A stretch of DNA of 64,000 nucleotides, taken from the NCBI GenBank assembly GCA_040879025.1, contig JBBDLF010000038.1, positions 75,875 through 139,874 on the forward strand, written 5' to 3'. This DNA is from Pseudohongiellaceae bacterium (GTDB lineage: Bacteria; Pseudomonadota; Gammaproteobacteria; Pseudomonadales; Pseudohongiellaceae). Both the position numbers and the translations under genes were made by a program. Within the stretch, counting starts at the first letter, position 1, and each line of letters opens with the position of its first letter. Below are positions 48,453-58,395 of this stretch, piece after piece. The notes under the pieces were generated by a model, which saw only the letters and a list, made by a program, of their open reading frames with translations, did no database searches and was not told the DNA's origin.

Positions 48453-50033
48453 GTGTTTACGGAAATGGGCAATTTCAGGGACAACCTGGGGGCAAGAACA
48501 AGTCGGACGAACCTGGGTTTGTCCGAGAAAATTCGCTGGTCCTTGCGCGAGCGTTTGTGTGAACAGATGCGCCTGTTGATTGCCGATCTGTTCGATGAGA
48601 CGGATGATTTTCTGTTTGCCAGCGGTCAGCGGGGTCAGTTCTCACAGGATAGTATCTACCTGAAAGCCATGCGGGAGATTCGCGCCAAGCAGGATCTGTT
48701 CGAGGAAACTTTTCTGCGGGTGATCGGTGAGAATCTGGAAGGAACTCGAACCGGTGTCGACAAGCGTGGGAGCCCGGTGGACGAGTGTGACGAGTCCAGC
48801 AACGCGGTGTTTGAAAAGGTTGAAATAGACTTGGCGCTGCGGTCGATGGAGCGCAAGGCCCTGAAGCTGTACGCAACCCTCATGCAACAGATTGAACCTC
48901 TGGATTCTCACGGCGCGGTGGCCGGAATGCTGTCGGCAAACAATGACTTTCTGGTGCAGCATGCCATGGATGCTTTCGAGCAAGCCCAGGAAGAATTCAA
49001 CCTGCCCCTTGAAGTGCGCCTGGTGTTGCTTAAATTGTATGAGCAGCATTTTCTGATGAAAATGGAAAAACTTTACCTGGATACCATCAGCATTCTCACC
49101 AAAAGCCATGACGAAAAATTTGTCGACAAGCTCTATTCGTCATCCACGGTATTTTATGAACGCCGCACTGTACGCCGCAGCGGTCATCCCGAGCGGCATA
49201 CCAAGCGCCCGAACACGAAGAAGAAATCGGAGCTGGTTGAGGATAAAGTCGATGCGATGGTCGCCGGCTACTGCGCTGACACCAGGCTTCCCACCTTTGT
49301 GACCACCATGCTCAGGTCGGGATGGCGCAATGTGTTGTTCATCATCGGGTTGAACAAAGGAATCGACAGCCGCGAATGGGATGACGCAGAACAGACGGCA
49401 AAGAAACTGTCTGCGCTGGTAACCGGCGCAGGAATCGATACAGCCAGACTTGCAGGTCAGCTCAAGAAAGGTTTTAAGCTGATTCAGTACCCGGCCGAAG
49501 AACAGGCCACCTTTCTCGCTGAACTCGATTTGTTCGTCGGTCGTGTGAGCGGCCGCAAGCCTGGGGCGCGAGCGCCTGCGAATTCCGCGGAGAAAGCAGC
49601 AAACGCCGGAGCTCGAGATACCGGGGCTTCAACAAGATCCAATGATAATATTATCGACAGCGACGACATGGATGAACTCGTGGAGATGCTCAGAGGCGGC
49701 GCCGATACTGCCTCCAGTGAGACCGATGCTCATGACTCACTGAAGCCCTTTCTGACCCAGGTGGATAACCTGATGGACGGAACCGTGGCCAGTTTCATCC
49801 GGAACGGAAAGTGGTATAACTGCAAAATCTGCCGTTCCACAGCCATCGACAACAGCTTTCAAGTCATCAATTCCCAGGGTAAGGTCGTGCTGGTACGGAG
49901 TCGCCTGGGCATGGCGGTTTCATTGCGGGAAAACCAGATTCGACTGGCCACGGCCGAAACCAGTGAACTGGCATCCAGGCACACGGTATTGCAGGCGGCA
50001 CCTCGGTTCAGGGCTGGACTGAAGCCCCACTGA
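48453..50033 (+). CDS. DUF1631 family protein
   Basis: The N-terminal pattern LFDETDDFLFASG....QDSIYLKAMREIRAKQDLFEETF is what I recall for DUF1631. It sits between nadC and ampD, as does a hypothetical gene in Pseudomonas. An alternative ATG is at 48465. Confidence 0.55.
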   Translation: MFTEMGNFRDNLGARTSRTNLGLSEKIRWSLRERLCEQMRLLIADLFDETDDFLFASGQRGQFSQDSIYLKAMREIRAKQDLFEETFLRVIGENLEGTRTGVDKRGSPVDECDESSNAVFEKVEIDLALRSMERKALKLYATLMQQIEPLDSHGAVAGMLSANNDFLVQHAMDAFEQAQEEFNLPLEVRLVLLKLYEQHFLMKMEKLYLDTISILTKSHDEKFVDKLYSSSTVFYERRTVRRSGHPERHTKRPNTKKKSELVEDKVDAMVAGYCADTRLPTFVTTMLRSGWRNVLFIIGLNKGIDSREWDDAEQTAKKLSALVTGAGIDTARLAGQLKKGFKLIQYPAEEQATFLAELDLFVGRVSGRKPGARAPANSAEKAANAGARDTGASTRSNDNIIDSDDMDELVEMLRGGADTASSETDAHDSLKPFLTQVDNLMDGTVASFIRNGKWYNCKICRSTAIDNSFQVINSQGKVVLVRSRLGMAVSLRENQIRLATAETSELASRHTVLQAAPRFRAGLKPH

Positions 50034-50206
50034 CGGATCACGAAACGGATTTCTCCAGATCGTCTTTTTTGTCCTTTCTGTCCGGTTTCACCCTTGTGCT
50101 GAGTGGCTGTGATGGCTAGCATGGCCTTTGGGTCCGGTCGGCACTCTCGCTGGCGCTCACTTCCATCTCTTCCATATTGCGATATTGTAGCAATGACCGA
50201 CAAGCC

Positions 50207-50779
50207 ATGACCGAATTTACCATCCAGGAACACTGGCTGACTCCCGGTCGCCGACTGCAATCACCGAACCAGAGCAGCCGCGCAAATGAGAAACAGATTG
50301 AGTTGCTCGTGATTCATAATATTTCATTGCCTCCTGGAGAGTTCGGCGGCCCGTGTATAGATGAGCTGTTTTGTAACCGTCTCGACCCCGGGCAACATGA
50401 GTACTTCCGCTCAATCACGAATTTACGGGTTTCTTCGCATTTACTGATAGACAGGAAAGGAGTGGTAACCCAGTATGTCGCTTTCAACAGAAAAGCATGG
50501 CATGCGGGCGAATCCTGCTATCAGGGTCGAGGCAATTGTAATGAGTTTTCCATAGGTATAGAGTTAGAAGGCACCGACTTTGAACCGTTCACCGGTCAGC
50601 AGTATTTGACCCTGGGCCGCGTCACGGATGTCTTGTTGAAGACCTATCCGGGACTGAGCCGGGAGCGGATCGTGGGCCACAGCGATATCGCGCCGGGACG
50701 GAAGACCGACCCTGGACCGTGTTTCGACTGGCCCAGATTCAGGGCAACCTTGTGTGGAAACCCCCGCGCCAAAGTATAA
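50207..50779 (+). CDS. ampD: 1,6-anhydro-N-acetylmuramyl-L-alanine amidase AmpD
   Basis: The ATG at 50207 gives MTEFTIQEHWL.... SPNQSSR, LLVIHNISLPPGEFGG, AWHAGES, GHSDIAPGRKTDPGP (amidase_2 zinc ligands). Confidence 0.9.
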   Translation: MTEFTIQEHWLTPGRRLQSPNQSSRANEKQIELLVIHNISLPPGEFGGPCIDELFCNRLDPGQHEYFRSITNLRVSSHLLIDRKGVVTQYVAFNRKAWHAGESCYQGRGNCNEFSIGIELEGTDFEPFTGQQYLTLGRVTDVLLKTYPGLSRERIVGHSDIAPGRKTDPGPCFDWPRFRATLCGNPRAKV

Positions 50780-50866
50780 GTCGTGAATTGCCGTGCTTAT
50801 GCCCACAGCAAGTCCGGCCATGGTGGCGCACAGGGCGGAACAGAATAGCTCCCGGGGTCAGAACCA

Positions 50867-51778
50867 ATGAAATTTCTTGCCGTTTTGATAAGCGTGGGCC
50901 TGAATTACTTCTGGCAAAGCGATCTGGACCGGTTTGACGACTCGTGGTTTATCAAATACCGGCGCCGACTTGAAACGTTAACAGGTGATACGTGGCGGGA
51001 TCGCCGTAACGGATGGATCCTTGCCGTAGTACTTGTCATCGGCGTGCCGGTGATTCTGCTCGGCCTGATTCTGCTGGTTGTCGACTCGGCGTTTTTCGGT
51101 CTGCTGACACTGCTTATCCATGTGACTGTGTTGCTGGTGGCAATGGATCGGACCCACCCGGGGCAGCTGGCGCGGGCTTATCTGGAAAGCTGGCGCGATG
51201 GTGACCAGGAAGCCTGTTACCTCTATCTGGAACGGGAACTGGGGGCGGGTGAATTGCCTGAAATACGGGATTTCACAACCCTGCATAGCAATTTTATCAA
51301 ATCTTACGTATACGTCTGTCTGGAGAAAATGTTCGTCATGCTATTCTGGTACTTGCTGGCAGGCCCGATGGCAGTCCTGTTCTGCTATTTGCTTTACCAG
51401 TATCGTGACAGTTCCGATGAACGCAGTTCACCGGAGGGCGCGGCACTGGCAACCGGAATTATTCATGTAATCGAATGGTTGCCGGTGAGGTTGCTGGGCC
51501 TGACGTTTGCGCTGGCCGGCGATTTTGAACGTGGATTTACGCAATTACGCGAATCCCCCCTAAACTCTGGTGTCGATGCAAGGGATCTCGCGGTCGACTA
51601 TGCGCTTGGCGCCATGCCGGCGGAATTCCGGCCTCCGCGCGAGGGTGAATCCTTCTCAGAGTATCAGGCGCATGGCGAGGAACAGGTTCTGAAGCTCCAG
51701 GGTCTTCTGGAAAGGAGCCAGATTATCTGGCTGTGCCTGATCGCTCTGATGGCAATATTTGGCCTATCAATCGTGTAG
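50867..51778 (+). CDS. ampE: Regulatory inner-membrane protein AmpE
   Basis: Four-TM protein downstream of ampD. VIEWLPVRLLGLTFALAG parallels VLDWVPVRLAGVVYALIG in E. coli AmpE. Confidence 0.75.
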   Translation: MKFLAVLISVGLNYFWQSDLDRFDDSWFIKYRRRLETLTGDTWRDRRNGWILAVVLVIGVPVILLGLILLVVDSAFFGLLTLLIHVTVLLVAMDRTHPGQLARAYLESWRDGDQEACYLYLERELGAGELPEIRDFTTLHSNFIKSYVYVCLEKMFVMLFWYLLAGPMAVLFCYLLYQYRDSSDERSSPEGAALATGIIHVIEWLPVRLLGLTFALAGDFERGFTQLRESPLNSGVDARDLAVDYALGAMPAEFRPPREGESFSEYQAHGEEQVLKLQGLLERSQIIWLCLIALMAIFGLSIV

Positions 51779-51944
51779 TTTTACTACATAATTGCGTAAA
51801 AACATTAGAGTTTTCTCGGAAAAAAAGTTAAAATTTCCAAATTATGTAAATTTATTACAGATTGTGACCTAACCCGGTTCATGCCACACGGTCAATCGGA
51901 ACAGGCTGTCGGGGCAGGGTGACAAGACGCGTGAGAGTCAGGAT

Positions 51945-54635
51945 ATGAGCCAGCAGAACCAGGACATCAATCCCGAAGAAACCCAGGAGTGGATAGACGC
52001 GCTGGCTTCGGTAATCAAAAACGAAAGTGCCGACAGGGCGATGTATCTGCTGGGCAGATTGGCGGAAACCGCTACCCGGGTCGGGCAGCAACCCGCCTAC
52101 GCGGCGATGCATACGCCCTATCGCAATACCATCGCTCCCCAGAATGAAGATCGCATGCCTGGCGACATGTTCATGGAACGCCAGATCCGGGGCATTATCC
52201 GATGGAACGCGCTGGCCATGGTCATGCGGGCGAATATGGCAAACCCCAGCATCGGCGGCCATATATCCACCTTTTCGTCCGCGGCTACCCTGTACGATAT
52301 TGGCTTCAATTACTTTTTTCGCGGCCCTTCGGAAAACCACGGTGGCGACCTTATCTATTTCCAGGGCCATTCTTCCCCGGGTATCTACGCCCGTTCCTAT
52401 CTTGAAGGCCGAATAACCGAAGACCAGATGGACAACTTCAGACAGGAAGTGGACCAAGGCGGATTATCCTCCTATCCCCATCCCTGGCTGATGCCCGACT
52501 ACTGGCAGTTTCCAACGGTCTCCATGGGATTGGGCCCAATACAGGCCATCTATCAGGCCCACCTGATGAAATACCTGAATGCTCGGGGCCTGTGCGATGG
52601 TGAAGATCGCAAGGTTTGGGCTTTTCTGGGCGACGGCGAAATGGACGAGCCCGAAAGCCTGGGGGCTATCGGCAAGGCCGGTCGCGAGAAACTGGATAAC
52701 CTGATCTTTGTGATCAACTGCAACCTGCAAAGGCTGGACGGTCCGGTACGGGGTAACGGCAAGATCATCCAGGAGATGGAAGGCATCTTTCGTGGCGCCG
52801 GCTGGAATGTGATCAAGGTAGTCTGGGGTCGCCACTGGGATACCTTGCTTGCGGGCGACAAAACGGGAATATTGCAGCAGCGCATGGACGAAGTCGTAGA
52901 CGGGGAATACCAGAATTACCAGGCCCGCGGCGGTGCCTACACGCGAGAGCACTTTTTCGGCAAAAGCCCGGAACTGCTGAAGATGGTGGAGCATCTGTCC
53001 GACGAAGACATCATGGCCCTCAATCGAGGCGGACACGACCCGTACAAAGTCTATGCGGCGTACGCCAAGGCAGCCAACGCCAACGGCAAACCCACGGTCA
53101 TACTGGCCAAGACGGTAAAGGGCTATGCTTTCGGTGCGGCGGCTGAAGCACAGAATGCCACTCACTCAGTGAAAAAACTGGATGTGGAGAGCCTGAAAAA
53201 ATTTCGGGACCGTTTTGGCATTCCCATCAAGGACAAGGAACTCGAGGAGGTGCCCTATTATCGGCCTCCGGAAAACAGTCTGGAACTGCGTTACATGCGC
53301 AAACAGAGGGAGTCTTTGGGAGGCGCGGTTCCGCAACGCCGCAGTGACAGTTATTCGTTGTCGGTTCCGGACCTTAATGTATTTGAAACACAGACCAAGG
53401 GGACGGGCGAGCGGGACATTTCCACCACGATGGCCTTCGTAAGAATGCTCACCATTCTGTGCAAGGACAAGGAAATCGGGCACAGGGTTGTGCCTATTGT
53501 TCCCGATGAAGCCCGAACTTTCGGCATGGAAGGCTTGTTTCGACAGCTTGGTATCTACTCGTCGGTGGGGCAGTTGTATGACCCTGCCGATTCCAATCAG
53601 ATCATGTTCTACAAGGAAGACAAGAAAGGTCAGATGCTGGAAGAAGGCATCACGGAAGCCGGTTCTTTCTCGGCCTGGCTGGCGGCGGCCACTTCCTACA
53701 GCACCAATAATTTTCCGCTTATTCCATTTTATATCTATTACTCGATGTTTGGATTTCAGCGCGTGGGTGATCTGTGCTGGGCAGCCGGTGATTCCCAGGC
53801 GCGCGGGTTCCTCATCGGGGCTACCGCCGGCCGCACCACATTGAATGGCGAAGGGCTGCAACACCAGGACGGACACAGCCATACGCTGGCGTCGACCATC
53901 CCCAATTGCGTCAGTTATGATCCCGCCTATGCCTATGAACTCGCGGTAATCATTCAGGATGGCCTGCGCAGGATGTACCAGGAAAAAGAATCTGTGTTTT
54001 ATTACATCACCACGATGAATGAGAATTACCTGCACCCCGCGCTGGACAAGACCATGATCAAGGGCATTGTCAATGGCATGTATCTGCTGGAAGACAGCGA
54101 CGTCAAGGAATATAAAACCGGTGGCAAACTGCGAAGTGAGTTACGCGTACGTTTGCTTGGCAGCGGCACCATTTTGCGGGAAGTGAGGGAAGCCGCGAAA
54201 ATTCTGCGGGAAAATTTCAGGATCGCCGTTGATGTCTGGAGCGTGACCAGTTTTAACGAACTGCGAAAGGACGCATTGGCGGTCAGTCGTTACAACATGA
54301 TGCATCCGGACAAGAAAGCCAGGGTGTCATATACGGAAAAAATGCTTGGAGAGCGGGAAGGTCCGGTTATCGCGGCTACCGATTACATTAAAGCTCATGC
54401 CGATCAGATTCGGGAATTTGTGCCGGACAGCTACCGTGTTCTGGGCACGGACGGTTTCGGCAGAAGCGATACCCGGGAAAAGCTGCGCCATTTCTTTGAA
54501 GTGGACCGCCGCTTTATCGTGCTGGCGTCGTTGACCGAGTTGCTGCGCCACAAGGTGGTTGATGCCGATACCATCAACAAATATATGAAGGAAGCTGGTA
54601 TCAATCCGGAGAAACCAAATCCTCTGAGCCAGTAG
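51945..54635 (+). CDS. aceE: Pyruvate dehydrogenase E1 component
   Basis: 896 aa. ETQEWIDAL, GGHISTFSS, FLGDGEMDEPES (ThDP motif), CNLQRLDGPVRGN. Confidence 0.95.
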   Translation: MSQQNQDINPEETQEWIDALASVIKNESADRAMYLLGRLAETATRVGQQPAYAAMHTPYRNTIAPQNEDRMPGDMFMERQIRGIIRWNALAMVMRANMANPSIGGHISTFSSAATLYDIGFNYFFRGPSENHGGDLIYFQGHSSPGIYARSYLEGRITEDQMDNFRQEVDQGGLSSYPHPWLMPDYWQFPTVSMGLGPIQAIYQAHLMKYLNARGLCDGEDRKVWAFLGDGEMDEPESLGAIGKAGREKLDNLIFVINCNLQRLDGPVRGNGKIIQEMEGIFRGAGWNVIKVVWGRHWDTLLAGDKTGILQQRMDEVVDGEYQNYQARGGAYTREHFFGKSPELLKMVEHLSDEDIMALNRGGHDPYKVYAAYAKAANANGKPTVILAKTVKGYAFGAAAEAQNATHSVKKLDVESLKKFRDRFGIPIKDKELEEVPYYRPPENSLELRYMRKQRESLGGAVPQRRSDSYSLSVPDLNVFETQTKGTGERDISTTMAFVRMLTILCKDKEIGHRVVPIVPDEARTFGMEGLFRQLGIYSSVGQLYDPADSNQIMFYKEDKKGQMLEEGITEAGSFSAWLAAATSYSTNNFPLIPFYIYYSMFGFQRVGDLCWAAGDSQARGFLIGATAGRTTLNGEGLQHQDGHSHTLASTIPNCVSYDPAYAYELAVIIQDGLRRMYQEKESVFYYITTMNENYLHPALDKTMIKGIVNGMYLLEDSDVKEYKTGGKLRSELRVRLLGSGTILREVREAAKILRENFRIAVDVWSVTSFNELRKDALAVSRYNMMHPDKKARVSYTEKMLGEREGPVIAATDYIKAHADQIREFVPDSYRVLGTDGFGRSDTREKLRHFFEVDRRFIVLASLTELLRHKVVDADTINKYMKEAGINPEKPNPLSQ

Positions 54636-54677
54636 TCCCTAAACCCTGAAACACTATCAAGCCGGGAGCAATGGTCC

Positions 54678-56369
54678 GTGACAATTGAAAGTATCAAAGT
54701 GCCAGAGCTGGGGGATTCCGGCGACGTTGAGGTTATTGAACTGCTGGTTTCCACGGGTCAGGCAGTCAAAAAAGACGATTCACTACTGGTGTTGGAAAGT
54801 GACAAGGCCGCCATGGAGATTCCGTCGCCCCGAAGCGGTGTGGTGAAGAGCATATCTGTCAATCTCGGTGATCAGGTGAACACCGGCTCGGAGATTCTGA
54901 AACTGGAGGTAGAGCCCTCAGCGGATAAAGAGCCCTCAGCGGATAAAGAGCCTTCAGCGGATAAAGAGCCTTCAGCGGATAAAGAGCCCTCAGCGGAACA
55001 AGGGCCCTCGGAAGAAAAGGAGCCCTCAGCAGCAAAGGAACCGGAAAAAACAAAATCAACTCAACAGAAACCAGACGCGGACAAATCGGAACAAACCACC
55101 GAGACAATAAAAATTCCCGATCTTGGCAGTGATGATGAAGTTGAAGTCATCGAAGTTCATATCAGCGAAGGTGACTCCGTCAAAAAGGATGATCCACTTA
55201 TTACCCTGGAATCGGACAAGGCCGCGATGGAGGTTCCCTCACCGGAATCCGGTACCGTAAAAGCACTGAAAATAAAGGTGGGAGACAAGGTCAAAACCGG
55301 TGCGGCCATTGCCGATCTGACGATGACTGTCGGCTCCCCGGCATCGGAACAGGAACAGGCCAAGACGGACGTCCAGGGTGCCGATACGCAACAGAAAACA
55401 CCGTCCCCGTCCGAAATCGCCGGGAAAACCCGGGAAACCACGAAGACGACTGCCACTTCGCCCACCCCGGACCGTTCCGCGGCCGATGTCTATGCCGGAC
55501 CGGCGGTGCGCAAGCTCGCCCGCGAGTTGGGCGTGAACCTTGCCCAGGTCTCCGGCAGTGGCGCGAAAAACCGGATTCTGAAAGAGGACGTGCAGAATTT
55601 TGTCAAATCCAGGCTGAGTTCCCCGGCGGGGACTGGCATGGCACCAATCCCGGAGATCGATTTCAGCCAGTTCGGTGAGATCGAAGAAGTCCCCATGAGC
55701 AAGCTGCACCGGGTGACCGCTGTGAACATGCAGCGCAGCTGGACCAGCGTACCGCATGTCGCGCAGTTCAACGAAGCGGACGTAACGGACCTTGAACAGT
55801 TCCGTGAAGAACTGAAATCCACAGCCGAGAAAAAAGGGGTCAAGTTAACTTTTTTGCCGTTTCTGCTTAAGGCCTGTGCGCGCGCATTACAGGAGTATCC
55901 CCAGTTCAATGTGTCATTGCACCCTTCCGGGGAACGCCTGATTCAGAAAAAATATACCCATATCGGTGTTGCGGTGGCTACCGAGGCCGGGTTAATGGTT
56001 CCGGTTATTCGGGATGTCGATCGTAAAAACCTCTGGGAACTGGCTGCGGAGGTCGCTGAACTGAGCGAAAAAGCCAGGCAGCGGCGGCTGGGGAAAGAGC
56101 AGATGCAGGGAGCCTGCTTTACTATTTCCAGCCTCGGACCGATAGGCGGTACCGGGTTTATTCCAATCGTGAATACTCCCGAAGTAGGAATACTGGGTGT
56201 CGCCAGAACCGAAATCAAACCTGTTTACCGCAAGGGCGAATTCGTTCCACGCAAGATGCTGCCATTGACGCTGTCCTACGACCATCGCGCGGTCAATGGT
56301 GTGGATGGCGGATTGTTCGCCACGTTCCTGGCGGAGTTACTGTCCGACATACGCCGGCTGATCTTGTAG
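54678..56369 (+). CDS. aceF: Dihydrolipoyllysine-residue acetyltransferase (PDH E2), two lipoyl domains
   Basis: GTG start. Two lipoyl motifs (LESDKAAMEIPSP, LESDKAAMEVPSP), a PSBD (AGPAVRKLARELGV) and catalytic SYDHRAVNG. Confidence 0.95.
   Translation: MTIESIKVPELGDSGDVEVIELLVSTGQAVKKDDSLLVLESDKAAMEIPSPRSGVVKSISVNLGDQVNTGSEILKLEVEPSADKEPSADKEPSADKEPSADKEPSAEQGPSEEKEPSAAKEPEKTKSTQQKPDADKSEQTTETIKIPDLGSDDEVEVIEVHISEGDSVKKDDPLITLESDKAAMEVPSPESGTVKALKIKVGDKVKTGAAIADLTMTVGSPASEQEQAKTDVQGADTQQKTPSPSEIAGKTRETTKTTATSPTPDRSAADVYAGPAVRKLARELGVNLAQVSGSGAKNRILKEDVQNFVKSRLSSPAGTGMAPIPEIDFSQFGEIEEVPMSKLHRVTAVNMQRSWTSVPHVAQFNEADVTDLEQFREELKSTAEKKGVKLTFLPFLLKACARALQEYPQFNVSLHPSGERLIQKKYTHIGVAVATEAGLMVPVIRDVDRKNLWELAAEVAELSEKARQRRLGKEQMQGACFTISSLGPIGGTGFIPIVNTPEVGILGVARTEIKPVYRKGEFVPRKMLPLTLSYDHRAVNGVDGGLFATFLAELLSDIRRLIL
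54912..55037 (+). repeat. 18-bp in-frame tandem repeat (EPSADK hexapeptide) in the aceF inter-domain linker
   Basis: GAGCC(C/T)TCAGCGGATAAA x4 near-perfect (54912-54983), then three degenerate copies (to 55037). Confidence 0.9.
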
Positions 56370-56411
56370 CGGCAGAGTGGCCATGAAATGGACAGCGATT
56401 TTCCGGTCGGG

Positions 56412-57179
56412 TCAGGCAGGGAAAAAAACCGGGTTTTCAAAATCGCCAACGCTCCTTATTTCACATTGGTAGGCGCGGGACAGGTTTTCACTGGTCAAAA
56501 TTTTCCCCCTGGGTCCCAGCAAGTAACGTCCATGCCCTAATAAAAGCAATATGGTCTCACAGTACCGTGCAGCCAGATTGATGTCATGTGTTGCCATGAC
56601 CAGCCCCGCATTTTCTTTGGTAACAGTATCACTGACACGTTGCAGGGCTTTGACCTGGAATGCGATATCCAGATGATTGCCCGGTTCATCCAGCAGGAAC
56701 AGACGAGGTGACTGCACCAGTAGTACCGCGATGGCCAGCCGCTGTTTCTCTCCTCCAGAAAGGGTGGCCGCCTGCCTGTCGCTCATCGCGTCAAGACCGA
56801 GAGAACCGAGGACGGCGTGTGCGAGGGTGATATCTTCGGGGTCATCCTGAAAAAGACTGCGGCTGTGCGGATGTCTGCCAAGCATCACCGTTTCCAGGAC
56901 GGTTGCCGGCATCGCATTGGGGGATTCCTGAAACAGGACACCGATCTGCCGCGCCCGGTCTCTGACAGAGAGATCAGCGATGTTTCTGCCTGCAATATAA
57001 ATTTTTCCTGATTCAATCCGATGCAGGCCCATGATGCTGTGTATCAGCGTCGTTTTGCCCACTCCGTTTTCACCGAGTACCGCGAGCCGATGCGCGGCAG
57101 GCAATTCAAGATCAAGCCCGGTACAGACCGTTTTGCCGCCCACGCGGACGCTGACTCCCTGCAGACTCAACAGGGCCAT
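56412..57179 (-). CDS. ABC transporter ATP-binding protein (FecE/HmuV/BtuD type)
   Basis: Walker A GENGVGKTT, signature LSGGEKQR, Walker B LFLLDEP. It is coupled to the upstream FecCD permease. Confidence 0.85.
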   Translation of the reverse strand: MALLSLQGVSVRVGGKTVCTGLDLELPAAHRLAVLGENGVGKTTLIHSIMGLHRIESGKIYIAGRNIADLSVRDRARQIGVLFQESPNAMPATVLETVMLGRHPHSRSLFQDDPEDITLAHAVLGSLGLDAMSDRQAATLSGGEKQRLAIAVLLVQSPRLFLLDEPGNHLDIAFQVKALQRVSDTVTKENAGLVMATHDINLAARYCETILLLLGHGRYLLGPRGKILTSENLSRAYQCEIRSVGDFENPVFFPA

Positions 57180-58159
57180 CAGGACTGCCTCATCGTGTGG
57201 CGCAGAATCAGAATAAAAACAGGTACGCCGATTACTGCAGTGACAACACCAACGGGCAACTGCTGCGGCGCAATCACGGTTCTTGCGGCACTGTCGGCGA
57301 TGACCAGAAAACTGCCTCCCAAAAGTACACTGCAGGGGACCAGCAATCTGTGATCCCTGGCACCGAGCATACGCAGCATATGGGGAATTACCAGTCCGAC
57401 AAAGCCGACGGAGCCGGCTATTACAACCGCGCTGGCTGTGAGAACCGAGGCGGTGAGATATAGAACAATGCGCATACGTCCGACGTCGACGCCCAGGGCC
57501 TGGGCCGCCAGATCGCCCCGTGTCAGCACGTTCAGGGACCTGGCGAGAAACAGGGCCAGTCCGGTGCCAGCGGCCAGAACCAGATAGTGGCCCACACTCA
57601 GTCTGCTCTGACTGAGATCACCCATCAGCCAGAACAGCATGCTTTGGACGTTATTGCTGGAACTGGTCGTCAGCAGAATATTAATGACCGCGCCCCAGCC
57701 CGCCGACACGACAACACCGGTAAGCAACAGGCGCATCGCCGACCAGTTTCCAGACGTGTTTGATAATCCAAATACGATGATAATCGACACCAGGGCACCG
57801 GCCAGGGCCGCATGGGATGTCCACAGGCCGCTGACTCCCAGCAGGATCGCCGACAGAGCCCCCACCGCGGCACCACCTGAAATGCCCAGGATATACGGGT
57901 CGGCCAGTGGATTTCGAAGCAAAACCTGCATGATGACCCCGGAAAGGGCGAGCAGACCGCCGGTGACGAAACCCGCCAGTGCTCTCGGCATGCGCAGTTC
58001 CCACAGCACCTGTGTTTCGGTTTCAGTGCCCGACTGTGGAGAGATCAGCAGGCGAACCAGCGGCAGGTCCAGGCTACCGCTGTTCAGCGACAGTATCAGG
58101 CCTGCCACGCTAAGCAGTACCAGTGAGGACAACAGCAGGTAATGTCTGGTCACGATCAA
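57179..58159 (-). CDS. FecCD-family ABC permease (iron-siderophore / heme / cobalamin type)
   Basis: 326 aa and polytopic. LPRALAGFVTGGLLALSGVIMQ..RNPLADPYILGISGGAA is a typical FecCD/BtuC signature. Confidence 0.85.
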   Translation of the reverse strand: MIVTRHYLLLSSLVLLSVAGLILSLNSGSLDLPLVRLLISPQSGTETETQVLWELRMPRALAGFVTGGLLALSGVIMQVLLRNPLADPYILGISGGAAVGALSAILLGVSGLWTSHAALAGALVSIIIVFGLSNTSGNWSAMRLLLTGVVVSAGWGAVINILLTTSSSNNVQSMLFWLMGDLSQSRLSVGHYLVLAAGTGLALFLARSLNVLTRGDLAAQALGVDVGRMRIVLYLTASVLTASAVVIAGSVGFVGLVIPHMLRMLGARDHRLLVPCSVLLGGSFLVIADSAARTVIAPQQLPVGVVTAVIGVPVFILILRHTMRQS

Positions 58160-58395
58160 TGCGGGGCTCTCAACGGTGGCAGGATGGATAGCCTGGGAAC
58201 GGCATCCGGACGAGGGTGATTATATTCACAGCGTGACGGAAAAATCATGCCGGATTGCAACGTTTTCGCGACTCGGTTGTTGTGACGGGACAAATCTCTT
58301 ATGCCGGCGCGCTTCGCAATGTTAGACTCAGGCGCAGAATGAACGCCGTGCTTTTCAGGCGCCTGTGAAAAGCAAGTCCAGGCCGGGGGAAGAAA

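Noticed and set aside
58160-58395. Possible cobalamin riboswitch upstream (minus strand) of the FecCD permease.
   Set aside because: Reading the minus strand, I found only weak fragments (ATCCTGCC, CGTCACGCTGT). I did not find the conserved AGGGAA...GGTG.GAA.CC core, the GCCACTG element or a proper B12 box. An Infernal scan with RF00174 would settle it.
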